The position numbers and the translations under genes are program-made. A stretch of DNA of 63,690 bases, the filler included, from Octopus bimaculoides (lineage: Eukaryota), in assembly GCF_001194135.2 (NCBI RefSeq). It is 5 parts of 5 records of this genome, joined end to end, with 100 filler letters (N's around TTAATTAATTAA, not from the genome) between each part and the next. Parts side by side here need not be neighbours in the genome. Positions count along the whole stretch, not along the records: positions 28,535 to 52,231 come from NC_069002.1; positions 52,332 to 55,088 come from NC_069005.1; positions 55,189 to 63,690 come from NC_068999.1; 2 more parts are not named here. The stretch is one strand, 5' to 3'. Below, piece by piece: positions 50,346 to 63,690 of this stretch. How positions within the stretch are numbered: the stretch's first letter is position 1; every line of letters begins with the position of its first letter. A model generated the notes under the pieces. It was not told the DNA's origin, made no database searches, and saw nothing but the letters and a program-made list of their open reading frames with translations.

Positions 50346-51759
50346 TGTATGTATGTATGTACAATGCTCAACTGCTTTAGTTTTCTAAATAGTGTCAACA
50401 CAAGGCTATAATTATGCGTTAACAGGTACATCATATACGTGCCATTACATTGATATTTCACTGCAAACGGAATCTGATATTATCAAACAATTAGAACTGG
50501 CAGACCACAGAAGCACAACATCTAAATTACAAGTGTACATAGTCTAGTTTATACAAACGCCAATTTACTGCAATATACCCAGGTTCCATATTTACACAGA
50601 AATGTATTTGCTAAATCGATGAAGTATATACAACAGTGTGTATAAAAATAAACGTGGTTTTTGTTACAGTCTATTTCAACCAACTTCATTCTATTTTTCA
50701 TTCGGTTTGTATTTTTAACCATATTTTCTTTTATTTAGGTTCTATACTGGAGACATGGAAACTGCAAAACATGATTGATTCTTTCAGAAGCAAGCAAGAC
50801 AATAAATAAAAGAAAGCAGGAATTTGATACAAGACCAGCTGTTGCCCGTTTTTGATTATTGTACATGGTGACGGAAAATCCTGCATAACAATGGACGCCT
50901 ATATTACAGTAAGCAAATTATAGTTATACACAGTCATATAACTAATAATTATTTTTTTAAATAAAGGGGTAGGCAAAAACAAAACGTTAAGATCAATAGC
51001 TAAAGATAGACTTACCTTTTCTGCTTCAGTTCTATTTTAGGTAAGTTTCCAGAACTTTCAGTCAGAATTAGTTGGACATACTCCAACCACGTATTATAGC
51101 TTGTCGTCCACTGTATTCCCCTTCCCCCATCGTAGAAATTACAAAGAATAATATATTAGGATTCCAAATGTTTGATTTGTTCGTTGTTAGTTTAATATGT
51201 AACAGAGCTTTCATCGTGTCGTTTGGATGGCGACCTGCTCTATTGACGTCCTCTGCATTGCCACTATCGATACGCCCCGTCGATGATCGATATCATTTTA
51301 TTTCTGAACAGCACAACTGATTCAGCTATCAATTCGTGATGCCATTAAACGCCGTTGTCCACTACAGTCGGTGACAGCACTGTATAATTGACGAGTGTTT
51401 TTATAGCTCTCAATAACATATTAAAACCCTGGAAGTAAATGTGTTTCACCACACTGAATTATAAAGATATTTTAGTTCAGCATCATCACCATCACCACCC
51501 TCGTCACTTTCTTCCACATTAACCTCACCCTCTTCATCATCATCATCATCATCACATTTACTATATTCAACACCAAAACAACTACCTCCACTCTCTTTAC
51601 CATCTATCTCCACAGCCACTACCTTAATATCCTCATCATCATTATCTCCTCCATCACCATCAGGATCACCACCACCACCATCATCATCATCATCAAGTCA
51701 TCATCATCTCCAACACCATTGCTATCATTTATAACTTTTTCACCTCTTACCCCCACTGT

Positions 51760-52130
51760 CATCTATTGTGTAGCAAATGTAGTGAATTTTAGATCGGAAG
51801 TACCATCAGACAAGTTTACAAACAGGTTAAAGTTCACCTCTATGCTAATACTTCTTCCGTCACAAGACACCTATCAAAACGTCATATCCGAGTTTCTGTT
51901 ACAGAAAGAAACATTGGAAGCTTGAGAATAAAAGAAGCTATTTTAATTAACAAGTACAGCCCGTGAATTAATAACAGATCTGAATTGCACGCAGCTGATT
52001 GGAAACTAGAGCGACGCACAATGACCCGTCACACACACACACATACACTACGAAGCAGAGAAACCAGCTACCAACAAGTTTCCTCTGTAAATTTCCCGAA
52101 AAAGGGGTACTAAGCCTGAAACATTCAAAT
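51760..52130 (+). mobile_element. Decayed Penelope-like GIY-YIG remnant plus 3' UTR
   Basis: VIY...CSKC..F*IGSTIR...H...LRIKEAILINKYSP*INNRSEL across a frameshift and stops. Confidence 0.7.
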
Positions 52131-52974
52131 AACAGGAAATAGTACCATCGACCTGTATCGTAAATTTTTTACAACTTGCATTGTTTTGGCTTATATAAAA
52201 ATGTTTAAAACGTGTATATATATATATATATNNNNNNNNNNNNNNNNNNNNNNNNNNNNNNNNNNNNNNNNNNNNTTAATTAATTAANNNNNNNNNNNNN
52301 NNNNNNNNNNNNNNNNNNNNNNNNNNNNNNNACGCATGTATGTAGGTATGTGTGTGTATGTATATGTGTATGTATGTGTATGTATGTGTATGTATATATG
52401 TATTTATAAATGCATGTATGTCCGTATGTATATATGTATGTATGTGTGTATGTATATATCTATGTGTATATGTGTGTATTATATTTGTATGTATGAATAA
52501 ATGTATGCATACAAGTATATTTATGTATGTGTGTATGTATGTGTGAGTGTATGTCTGTGTTTATGTATGTATATATGTATGCATGCATGTATGTATACAG
52601 GTAAGTATTTATGTATGTATGTATGTATATGTATGTATGTATTTATTTATGTATGTATGTATGTATGTATGTATCCATGTGTGTGTGTGCGTGTGTGTGT
52701 ATGTGCATGTATGTATATATAGGTTTTCTATAGATTACGTTTTCAATTTGAAAAATTCAGAAAAGAAACATGGAAGCTAAAGATAACTGATCTCAGTTTA
52801 TTGGCAAACAAATAAAAGTTTTATGAGAAACATCAGAACATTTCCGTGTGCGGCGCTGCATTGGTTTCACACAACACATCGACAAATGCAACACAGTAAA
52901 TCATGTAAGACGAAATGATAATTTGTATATATATGCATCCCCTGAAGTCACTGTATAACTTCCATCGACTTCAC

Positions 52975-53026
<52 letters not shown>

Positions 53027-54680
53027 TGTAAGATGAAAGACGGTGAAATTTCGACGGAAATCCCTTTTTTCAAGTTGTTCCAATACTCCCTGCACCTTTC
53101 GCTGAGTCGTTTTCCGTATGTAAATTTCAGGTAGTTTTGCACGTGATCTGTCTTGTCACCTCATAAGGTATCTATAATTCTTTGTGGTTGATAGGTTAAT
53201 CTGTGGCTCATGTCCACAATTGTACCTCTTACCAGATGACTGCACTGAAGAATCTAATTGATTTTTTTTTATAAGACTTCACACGACTTCACTGTGAAAG
53301 ACGTTTCTTTAAGGTTAGCTACAGTCTAATTACACCGGGGAACATGGTTTTTGTTGTCTCCTAGTTATCTTGAGTTGCTGTTTTCAAAAACGAAATCCAT
53401 TTTCCTTAACCTGAACAAAACTGAACTGGCCACGAAAGGACTTCTCTTCTTCGTTATTTTCAACTAAATTCCTTTACTAGTATATTCGTGAAAAAACATC
53501 AAATATTTTCATTATCAAAATTTTTTCTTTCAATTAAACTATCTTCACAATTATTTCTAAAATATTACCAATTTTTTGTTATAAAATCTGCGTTATTTTT
53601 GTCTTTTAAATATTTCTTCCTGTTTTTTGTCGTATTTTCATTTGGTTTCGTTTCATTAGGCTCCATTCTTGTCATTGTGTTTCTAATAGAGTCTATATTT
53701 GTGCGTCACCAATGCAAAAACATTCTGAATAGCTAAACACACCAAATATTTATCTGTGTCTTTAAGCATTCAAACAAACACCGTATCACAACTAAATAAG
53801 GACATTTCAAATGTGGGCGGTAAACAGCAAAGATAATAAACAAAATACTGAATTGAAAGAAAAATGGTTAAAATTAAAACAATGAAAATATGTTATGTGT
53901 CAAAATGTAACAAAGAATCTCAATTGATGTTTTAGGAAATAATTATAAAAGAAATTATTTGTTTTATAAATCTATAAAATATAATTTATTGCCGTTCAAG
54001 ATTAAATACTGTTTGTCTTTTTTTTTTCTATCATGAAAAATGTTTCATGTCACTTTTGACAAAATAGTGTAAAAACTTAAAGATTTCACTAATGTATGCA
54101 TACAAGCACACACACATACTCACACATTCACACACACACACACACCTACAAGCACACACACACACACACACACGCACACACATACAAACACACACACACA
54201 CACACACACACANNNNNNNNNNNNNNNNNNNNNNNNNNNNNNNNNNNNNNNNNNNNNNNNNNNNNNNNNNNNNNNNNNNNNNNNNNNNNNNNNNNNNNNN
54301 NNNNNNNNNNNNNNNNNNNNNNNNNNNNNNNNNNNNNNNNNNNNNNNNNNNNNNNNNNNNNNNNNNNNNNNNNNNNNNNNNATGATGATAGCGGTGTGTA
54401 AAAAGGTAAAAGACTTGAGCGGGAGATTATGGAAAGAAGAGAAACTTAAATGAATAAAAGCGATTGAAACGTAATGGCGGATGAAGATGAGAGGATGACA
54501 CACCTTAAGAAAGGATTTTAGTATCGGGTGCGGGTGTTTATGGGCTCAATTATGCTCGTCTTTATACAGAAACCACTCACTCATACACCACAAATACATA
54601 CAGGCAGTTATATACGCATACACACATCAATGTGTGTGTGTGTGTTTCCTTCCCAATTAAACGATTCACGTCACAGTCAC

Positions 54681-54859
54681 CTGACATGTGACAATGTTGT
54701 AAAGATGACACAAGTCTGTCTCCTTTGTTGGTTCTTCCAATTGCTTCATTTGGAATTCCTCCATGTCCACCCTTCCCACTCTTCGTCTTAACTTCGCCCA
54801 CCATAAAGGATCCAATTTCTGCCATTCTGCAGCAGTCCCTTCGAGTTGGTAAAGATCCT
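54681..54859 (-). CDS. Candidate isolated exon of a second gene (EDLYQLEGTAAEWQKLDPLWWAKLRRRVGRVDMEEFQMKQLEEPTKETDLCHLYNIVTCQ)
   Basis: Island of higher GC with 59 open, protein-like codons. Good donor CAG|GTGACT, modest acceptor ggaaactag|AG. No neighbouring exons confirmed. Confidence 0.45.
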
Positions 54860-55188
54860 CTAGTTTCCATGGTAATCAGTATATAACGACAAAAAGTATG
54901 AAACTAGAATGCTGAACTGTGCTTCTATGGTTGAGCAACGCCGTCCTTTTTACTCCATGGAATCAGATTGATGTCTGTGAGTTGAGGACATCCGCAACAA
55001 TATATACAAGAGTGTATACAATATGTAATATCATCGTCATCGTCGTCATCATATGTATATATATAGATAGATAGATAGATGGATGGATNNNNNNNNNNNN
55101 NNNNNNNNNNNNNNNNNNNNNNNNNNNNNNNNTTAATTAATTAANNNNNNNNNNNNNNNNNNNNNNNNNNNNNNNNNNNNNNNNNNNN

Positions 55189-55244
<56 letters not shown>

Positions 55245-56344
55245 ATATATATATATAATGTGTTCAACCATTCACATACATACAATCCTTATATACTTCA
55301 TACGTCTGTGTATATTTTTTTCCGTTTGTGCGTTGTCCTTTGCCTAAATAATATATGATGTAGAGGCACACAAGGCAATTCCTATTCTGTATCTTTGCAG
55401 ACACTGAGTAAGTTTTCTTTAGTGAAGTGTTACTATGAGGTCAAAACTTTTTCAAAATTCTAACCTATGTACCCAATGATCCAGGCCCACTGTCACATGC
55501 TGCATTTAATCTGGTTATCTCCCTTATAAATTCTTAGATTAATTTTCATTAACGCCTCAGTTAATGAATTCGATTCACACTTGATATATACCTTTAATTT
55601 ATTACATTTCATATTTATCAGATTGCATTTCTTTGCAAGAATTTTGCTATGTTCTTTTTCCAGAAGCCTCAGATGGGGAAAATGCCTGTATCATTATTTC
55701 AATTTCATAATATCTTAAAATTTTCACGAAAAATGTAATTCGCTGAAGAGATGAATATGAGGATGAAATACGCTCTGTCTTGTTACCATGGTTATTAAAA
55801 TTGAAACACATTTCTAAGACACACATTGGAACATGCATGTTTAATCCTGGACTGCTTGAAAGTCATGCAGACTTCTTTGGTGCCACTTCTCAAAATTTAC
55901 TTTTTAAAGACTCTAAATAGATATTAATTATTTTTACTACTCTAATGAAATATATTAACATGCACTCTTTCATAATTAGAAATAAATAACCCCTGATGGA
56001 TGAACATACTTTGCAGTGCACCACTATGGCCTCAAAGTAGAAGAAAACAACCTCCTAAACATAAGGATGTGAGTACCATCTCAACTGTATTTGTATGTTT
56101 CTATATCCATGTGTCGAGGCATGCGTTATGAAAGAAAGTGAGGAGAGGAAGACTACAGAAGCACGTGGACGACATTGTACATTTAATTTGGTAAGCGTCG
56201 AGAACTGTCAAACATCATGTGGCACTGAATGTACCTTAGAAATGCGTTAATGGTGTGTAATTTTATGAAGTGTTGCGAAAATCAAACAATGATTCCAGGG
56301 TAAATAATTCATTCGAGCAAAAAATTGAATCCTCATTGTCATGC

Positions 56345-56648
56345 GACGTAGATGCGCCAGAAACAACACCTAAAGCTCCACGAGGTTCAGATACGGGGTG
56401 GAGCGAACCCTGCTGGACTCTTTCACCACAACTTTCTCTCACTCTTACTTCCTGTTTCTGTTGTACCTGTATTTCAAAGGGCCAAGCTTGTCAAACACTG
56501 TGCCACACTGAATTTCCCCGAGAACTACGTTAAGGGTACACGTGTCTGTGGAGTTCTCAGCCACTTGCACGTTAATTTCACGAACATACTGTTCTGTTGA
56601 TCGGCTCAACTGGAACCCTCGCCGTCGTAACCGACGGAGTGCCACTAC
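56345..56648 (+). mobile_element. SINE family B, 5'-truncated
   Basis: Matches the 43603-43991 body (acacctaaagctccacgagg...taaccgacggagtgcc). Confidence 0.8.
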
Positions 56649-56964
56649 GATTATCCACGTACGTGTATATGTGCACGAGCTAGTAGCATGTATGTATGCA
56701 TGTATGCATATATGTATGTATATATATATATATATNNNNNNNNNNNNNNNNNNNNNNNNNNNNNNNNNNNNNNNNNNTATATGCACAGAGAGAGGAGAGA
56801 GAAGGATATGCATATGTAACGGTTTACTATGCAACTTCGTTTGTGTGTATGCGCGCGCGCGTTTTAGTATGTGCGTGTGGATGAGTATGTAGTGTGGGGT
56901 ATATGGTACAGACAAAATCCTCAAAATTATTTGTTTCTGTAGAAGACATTTTTGAAGAGAACAG

Positions 56965-57115
56965 AGACATTCTCGTGCAGATTGATAAATCCATAATGGA
57001 ATCTACTTAACTCAAGATAGATATAGATTAACGTGGATTTAATCGATAACGATGTAATAAAATGATTCGATAACAACCTAACACTGATCACTACTACAAC
57101 ATACGCGCACACATA

Positions 57116-57152
<37 letters not shown>

Positions 57153-57210
57153 ACACACACAAACAAACACATCCCAACACACGCGTATGTAGTGTCTATA
57201 TATACATTTA

Positions 57211-57262
<52 letters not shown>

Positions 57263-57497
57263 CTAATGCATTTTTATATATGAATGTATAAATACACATA
57301 AAAATTGCATATGAATATATACAATGTATATCTTTGTACAATATGTATATATATACTAACATGTATACATGTAGCAATTTATATGCCTCTAAAATATGAA
57401 TGTATATACACATATATTAGCATTAATACCGTCACAACCACAGACATACGTAAATATATATATATCTGTATATATATATATGTATATATATATAGAC

Positions 57498-57578
<81 letters not shown>

Positions 57579-57929
57579 CATACGTATATGCATATGTGTA
57601 TGAGTGTATAGAGAGAGACAGAGATATGCAAACAGATACCCATATGCACACACACACACACATATATATATATATGTATATAGATGCATATACGTATGCT
57701 TATGTATACAAACACTTATATATACCTATACACACACATGCACACATACACACATATATATACACATATATGTATATATACATATACATGCTTGTGTATA
57801 TGGTGATCAGTTTTATTTTTCTAACGAATCATTTTATTACATTGTTATCGATTAAATCCACGTTAATCCATACCTATCTTGAGTTAAGTAGATTCCATTA
57901 TGGATTTATCAATCTGCACGAGAATGTCT
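56965..57929. repeat. Long inverted repeat (arms about 105-125 bp) enclosing CA/TA microsatellites
   Basis: 56965-57090 and 57805-57929 are near-perfect reverse complements. Confidence 0.88.
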
Positions 57930-59209
57930 TTGACCGTTCTCTGGTAAGAAACTCTTTGGTAAATCAACAAATGTACATAACCACACAAACTGCACGCGCG
58001 CATATATCCATATCTATCTATCTATCTATTTCTCTCTCTCACCCTCTATTTCTGTATATATATATATTGTCAAAATAATGTTGGTATTTGCTCGATGACT
58101 GAAGAGGAAAATTTTGTCCGTTCTTTGTGTTATATTGGAAAATATGTTTTTGTTTCCTATATCGTTCATCCTGCCACTTGTATCACATTTTTAATTATAA
58201 ATATAACAATAGCAGCGGCAACTATAAGCTCTTATTCTTTGGAGAATAAGTATCACGACCATCAGGTTTATGTTATGTCTGTGGTTCAAGTCATGCGGAT
58301 GTCTGTCTACCATTTATTTGAATTCGCCCGAAGAATTTTGGGAAAGAAAGTCATATAGAATCTTTTCTCCATTCAATATGCCATATGACGTTTAGAATGG
58401 GGACACATGAATAAGTGATATCATAATTGTTTACATAAAATTGTGATAGAAAATTATTGCTTATTGTTCAGTCAAAAAATATTGTTCTGACTTATAGCTA
58501 GTTCCCTCCCATTGAACATATTACAATATATCACCATTTTGTTTACAAATTGTGGAGTAAGATAACGTAGTGAAGTAAATAAGATAGATAATAGTTGCTA
58601 CATGAATTTCCGTTTTCATAAGGACGATCTCAAGTAGACATTCTGCAATAATTAATTCATAGGAAAATAAGAATCGTTCATTAAAGATGTTTTATAGCAG
58701 CTTCAGCACTGGCTCGTACGTTTTAATAAATGAACTTTCCTCGTTAATTCTTGTTTGGTATGGAGTATTGTCTTCACATTGACATATTGCGAAGGCAAGT
58801 AATTTGCGTGATTTGTCTTACGCGCATCTGTCTATGTATTCACTAAGTGGAATTTGTCCAGTTTGGGGATCACGTTTATATTGACGATGAATATTTAATC
58901 TCATTCATAAGGTAAGTTTAGTTTGTCTAATACAGTCTTCCACGGATGCATTGCATGTGATGGCATATATTAAATCTTTTGAAGAACAAGTAAAATGGTT
59001 TTTCACAATAAAAACTCGTTCGTATTTAAATTTATCAGTTGTGCCCTCAATATGATTCTCACAATTCCCACAGTTGGATCAACCACACATTCTAGATATT
59101 TGAGTTGAGTCTGTAATTGGTAATTTTGCGTTTGGCATGTACTTTTGGAGAGACATTAGTTGCCATTTTTCCATGTATATAATAACTCATGTGTTCTTTT
59201 TTCCACTTT

Positions 59210-59294
<85 letters not shown>

Positions 59295-60012
59295 AAATAT
59301 ACACATAAATAAATATATTCACTATACGGAATAAAAGTTAATGAAACACCGTCTATTACGACATTTATGTAACAAGCATTCTTTGTAGATCTAGAGAAAA
59401 AGCCTACAATACGTCAGGCATTCCTAAATAACAAATGAATTTTGTTTACTACTTACAAAGGCCTGACGAATGTAGAATTTCATTACAAACTCACAGTCTG
59501 CTTCATTCTGAAACCAGTGTAACCTGCAGACAAATAACTGTTATATTCATTTATAAGTAAATATTTTACTCTTTCTTCATTTGAATTGTGCTATCACAAT
59601 ACTCACACATAGATACACTTATAGTCTTTGTATATACACACAAAACGAAGTGGACATCTTCGTCAATACATATTATATAATGCAGATGTAGAGTTCATTT
59701 ACATATATTTTTACAGCTACTCACACTACACTCGTTTCGGCTGAGTGCTTTATCGGGTGTGATCTGATTCACATTTATAAGATATTCGTTGGAAGGTACT
59801 GTGATGTGATCGTCTGTTTAAAGAAATGTATGGTGACAAAAAGCAATAACCATGGCAACGAAAAAAAACCGATAAAAATACATAAAAAGATCGATAGACA
59901 GATATTCATTATTCGTTTATCCTGTTGCTGGGTGCAGTCATTGTTTTATACACAAACATACATACCTACATATACAAATGTGTGTACATAGACACACGCA
60001 CTCACACACATA

Positions 60013-60079
<67 letters not shown>

Positions 60080-60558
60080 NNNNNNNNNNNNNNNNNNNNN
60101 NNNNNNNNNNNNNNNNNNNNNNNNNNNNNNNNNNNNNNNNNNNNNNNNNNNNNNNNNNNNNNNNNNNNNNNNNNNNNNNNNNNNNNNNNNNNNNNNNNNN
60201 NNNNNNNNNNNNNNNNNNNNNNNNNNNNNNNNNNNNNNNNNNNNNNNNNNNNNNNNNNNNNNNNNNNNNNNNNNNNNNNNNNNNNNNNNNNNNNNNNNNN
60301 NNNNNNNNNNNNNNNNNNNNNNNNNNNNNNNNNNNNNNNNNNNNNNNNNNNNNNNNNNNNNNNNNNNNNNNNNNNNNNNNNNNNNNNNNNNNNNNNNNNN
60401 NNNNNNNNNNNNNNNNNNNNNNNNNNNNNNNNNNNNNNNNNNNNNNNNNNNNNNNNNNNNNNNNNNNNNNNNNNNNNNNNNNNNNNNNNNNNNNNNNNNN
60501 NNNNNNNNNNNNNNNNNNNNNNNNNNNNNNNNNNNNNNNNNNNNNNNNNNNNNNNNNN

Positions 60559-60609
<51 letters not shown>

Positions 60610-61034
60610 ATAGATACATTTATACATACATGCATACCTATATATGTTTGTGTGTATAGTCAAGAACCGGAATAATAGTAACAAGCTGACAAGCTGTTAT
60701 CTACATTCGCTCACATATACATACACATTGTCATACATAATTTCATTCACGACACTCACAGACGTACGAGCACACACATACACCCACCCATACTTCCACA
60801 CTCACACACGTACACACACACTCACCCAGATAGAAACGCACATTCGCCATCAGCAATGTACAATGCCACAGACACATAAATTACATTCACACAAAAGCCA
60901 GTTCACTTTAAATGTCAATCAGTGAACCGTTGTATATTATAACGCCATGAACAGCTACAATAAACTATGTAGCTGTTCATGTTTATTGTAGTTGTTCAAA
61001 CACACACACACACACATATACGTGTATACACAAA

Positions 61035-61245
61035 TGTATAGTTATACTTTACCGCTATGTGGATTGCTAGAAGTAGTGGCTAAAACTTACCCCGACCCAG
61101 ACGTAGCGAGACGAGACGCAGATTGAGACAAACGTGTGAAAGGGTATGAAATTTCGTCTTGCTGATCTTGCTGATCATGTATGTAAATAAAGGCGGGTTC
61201 TACCAAAACTGCCTTCACCGCCTTGTGCTGAATACTTTTGCAACA
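61035..61245 (+). mobile_element. Possible solo LTR
   Basis: TGT...CAACA with AATAAA about 60 nt before the end; no TSD found. Confidence 0.3.
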
Positions 61246-61399
61246 CCGTTACTTCATTGCCAAATCCTGCTCTACTGGGTTGTTGCTTTTTTTTTTGTGT
61301 GTGTGTTTTTGTAAGAGCAGATACAATAGATAATCCTTTCTGCTAAAGTTAAAAGACCTAAGTTTTGCGTGATTGTGGGAGCTACTCGATTGCATGGAA

Positions 61400-61750
61400 C
61401 TCAGAGCTCAATTAGCATTTATTTTATCGACTCAAAGAGATGAAGAGCTAAGTCGCGGAAAAAACTGTATTCGGCACGAAAATATCGCTAAGCCTTTTGT
61501 CAGGCGCAGTAACGGTTCTGCCAGCTCAGCACCTAGCAGACAAAATAATATTTTCTACTCAAGGCACAAGACCCAAAATGTTTCGATAGATCGACACAAG
61601 AACGCAACTCGTACTTAATTTATCGACCCCGAAAGGATGAAAGGCAAAGTCGACTTCGGTGGAATTTGAACTCAGAACGTAAAGACAGACGAAATACCGC
61701 TAAGCATTTCGCCCGGCATGCTAACGTCTCTGCCAGCTCCTCGCGGCCTT
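61400..61750 (-). mobile_element. SINE family C, an old and a young copy in tandem
   Basis: 61600-61750 is close to consensus with CpGs intact; 61410-61545 is diverged. Confidence 0.72.
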
Positions 61751-61972
61751 TACTAGCAGACAGTAATAATATCATAAAGATGCGTACTAAGAAGGGTTGC
61801 TTCCCAGACACATGATTTCAAGTTCGATCTCACTGTGTGGCACCTTGGGCAAATACTTTCAACTATAGCCTCTGGCTGACCAATGCCTTATATGTTAGAC
61901 GGAAACTAAAAACAAACCTGTCGTTTAAATGTAGACAGACAGAGAGACGGACGGACGGATGGAGAGACAGAC

Positions 61973-62033
<61 letters not shown>

Positions 62034-63690
62034 GGCAGACAGACAGACAGACAGTGAATTCTACTACTTTTCTCGCCATAACAACTTCAGTAATATTATT
62101 ATTTTTTTTTTAATATCAGAATCCGACAATGAAGTCTATTGCTGCTGTTTTTGCATCCTGAACTGTTTGAACCACAGTGTCAAGGTCTCACCAAAGATGC
62201 TATAGACTTTTGGTTCTATACAAAGGTAATATTTATTCCGTATTTCTTCCAACTTTCCTGCACCCTAATTAAACTTTCTTCTCCAGAATGACTGAGTCTT
62301 TCTGGAACGAAGTCTATGCTACATTTATTGATTGTTCTTTCCTATTTCCATATACAACTGATTGGTTTCGATCAAAATTTGTATTAATCGTTTTATTTTT
62401 AGCTACTCTACACTTATACAGGAGCATTTTGCCGTTTGAGTTGTAATAATTTCTTTTCCAAACAGTATTTCTATTTCATTTTCCACCGTTTGTTCAATGC
62501 ATTTGATTATCTGTTGACGTATGATACGGATTGTCCTCCGTATAGTAATACATTTTCTCTCTATTTTCAAAACCAACGAAGGCTCTTTTTTTCATCCTTC
62601 AACCTTTCCTTCATCCTTCAACATTTCCAATGTAGTGTTTTGCAACCATTTAGGGGGAATCTCTACCGACATTAATTTAGGAAAAATAAAAAAATCTTAA
62701 CAACATTGAAAAAATTTCTACTCGATTTTCTTAAGCCTCATTAAACGCGAACTATTTTGCGGGTGGTGTGGGTTAGTTAGATATCGCATTTCCCAAAGTT
62801 TAGGTTCAAATTTTGTTTCTCTTCAAAGACTTCATTTAGAATGTTCTTCATATATTTCTACTCGTCGTTCTCATTGTCAATGTTATTCGTAGATTAGCTT
62901 ACAAGATTTTTGACAGTTACCTTCGATATGTGGTGGCATGACACGGCGGTCAGCTTCGATGATAGACAGCGTACTACTAGCAGGTGATGTTGATGTCACG
63001 CTTCATCTCCGATAATGTCAACGTAGTGTTCTATTTATGTGTTTGAGAATATACGTATACGTGTAAGTAAATATCTGTATATATGTATGCTGTGTATGTA
63101 TGTATGTGCGTATGTAAGTATATATATAAAGTAGAAATTGTGCCTGCGGCAAAAATATTTAATTTCCTTATCAAAAAGACAACGATATTGGAAAAACATG
63201 TAGATAAAAAGAAAGGACATCTGTTACAATTTGATATGAAGTAGAAGATATTGTTGTCCCCTTGGGATAATAACGACATCTTTGTTACAAATCTCGGTCT
63301 AAACGTAGTAATAGATGCCTGAAAATATCTCTTCACATTCGTTGTGCGTATTTACGTTAAGTAACACCAGAAACTTTTGAAGTAATCTGATTCTAGCCAT
63401 TCTTATGCCTTTGATCTGTTGGCCGTGGTTACGATGAAATTGATAAGAGGAATGAATTATTAATTTTTACGTTTCTCATTCCTTTGTGTGTGCGCGTGTA
63501 TGTGTGTGTGTGTGTGTGCATTCTGTATATGTGTGCTTGTGTATGTGCGTGTATATGCATGAGTGTGGTATGCTGCGTATGTCTATGTATGTGTGCAATT
63601 CAGAAATTGGTCAAGGAACGATGAGGCAGTTAATGCCACGCAATGAGATTCATCGCGGCACAGACACACGGACATATATATATATATATA

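Noticed and set aside
50739-50908. Plus-strand exon with strong acceptor (ttttcttttatttag|) and donor (ACA|GTAAGC)
   Set aside because: Stops in all three frames. It could be a non-coding exon, but nothing else supports it.
59410-59500. CTGACGA-containing hairpin as a hammerhead
   Set aside because: No GAAA after the putative stem II; only an 8-bp inverted repeat.

Overview
This is eukaryotic, AT-rich draft-assembly DNA with many N gaps and many microsatellites. Its SINE and LINE families look like those of octopus (coleoid cephalopod); that assignment is pattern recognition, not a database search. There is no prokaryotic system, CRISPR array, rRNA or true tRNA gene. Nearly all entries in the supplied ORF track are artefacts of N runs or microsatellites. 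The real content is: (1) a phase-consistent minus-strand multi-exon host gene of unrecognised family (exons near 9.8, 8.9, 6.9, 4.8 and 0.5 kb, running off the left edge); (2) an isolated candidate exon at 54.7-54.9 kb; (3) dense transposable elements: three tRNA-SINE families, RTE/L1-Tx1/CR1-like LINE remnants, a restriction-like-endonuclease LINE 3' end, hAT and mariner remnants, MITEs, Helitron pieces, a solo LTR and two Penelope-like GIY-YIG remnants, one with an open frame. The most notable observations are atypical hammerhead-like motifs next to the Penelope remnants, a SINE dimer with a single 14-bp target-site duplication (TSD), a 154-bp solo LTR nested in a SINE, near-identical inverted repeats flanking a host exon, and a change in CpG content at about 28.5 kb. 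I found no clearly new biological system.
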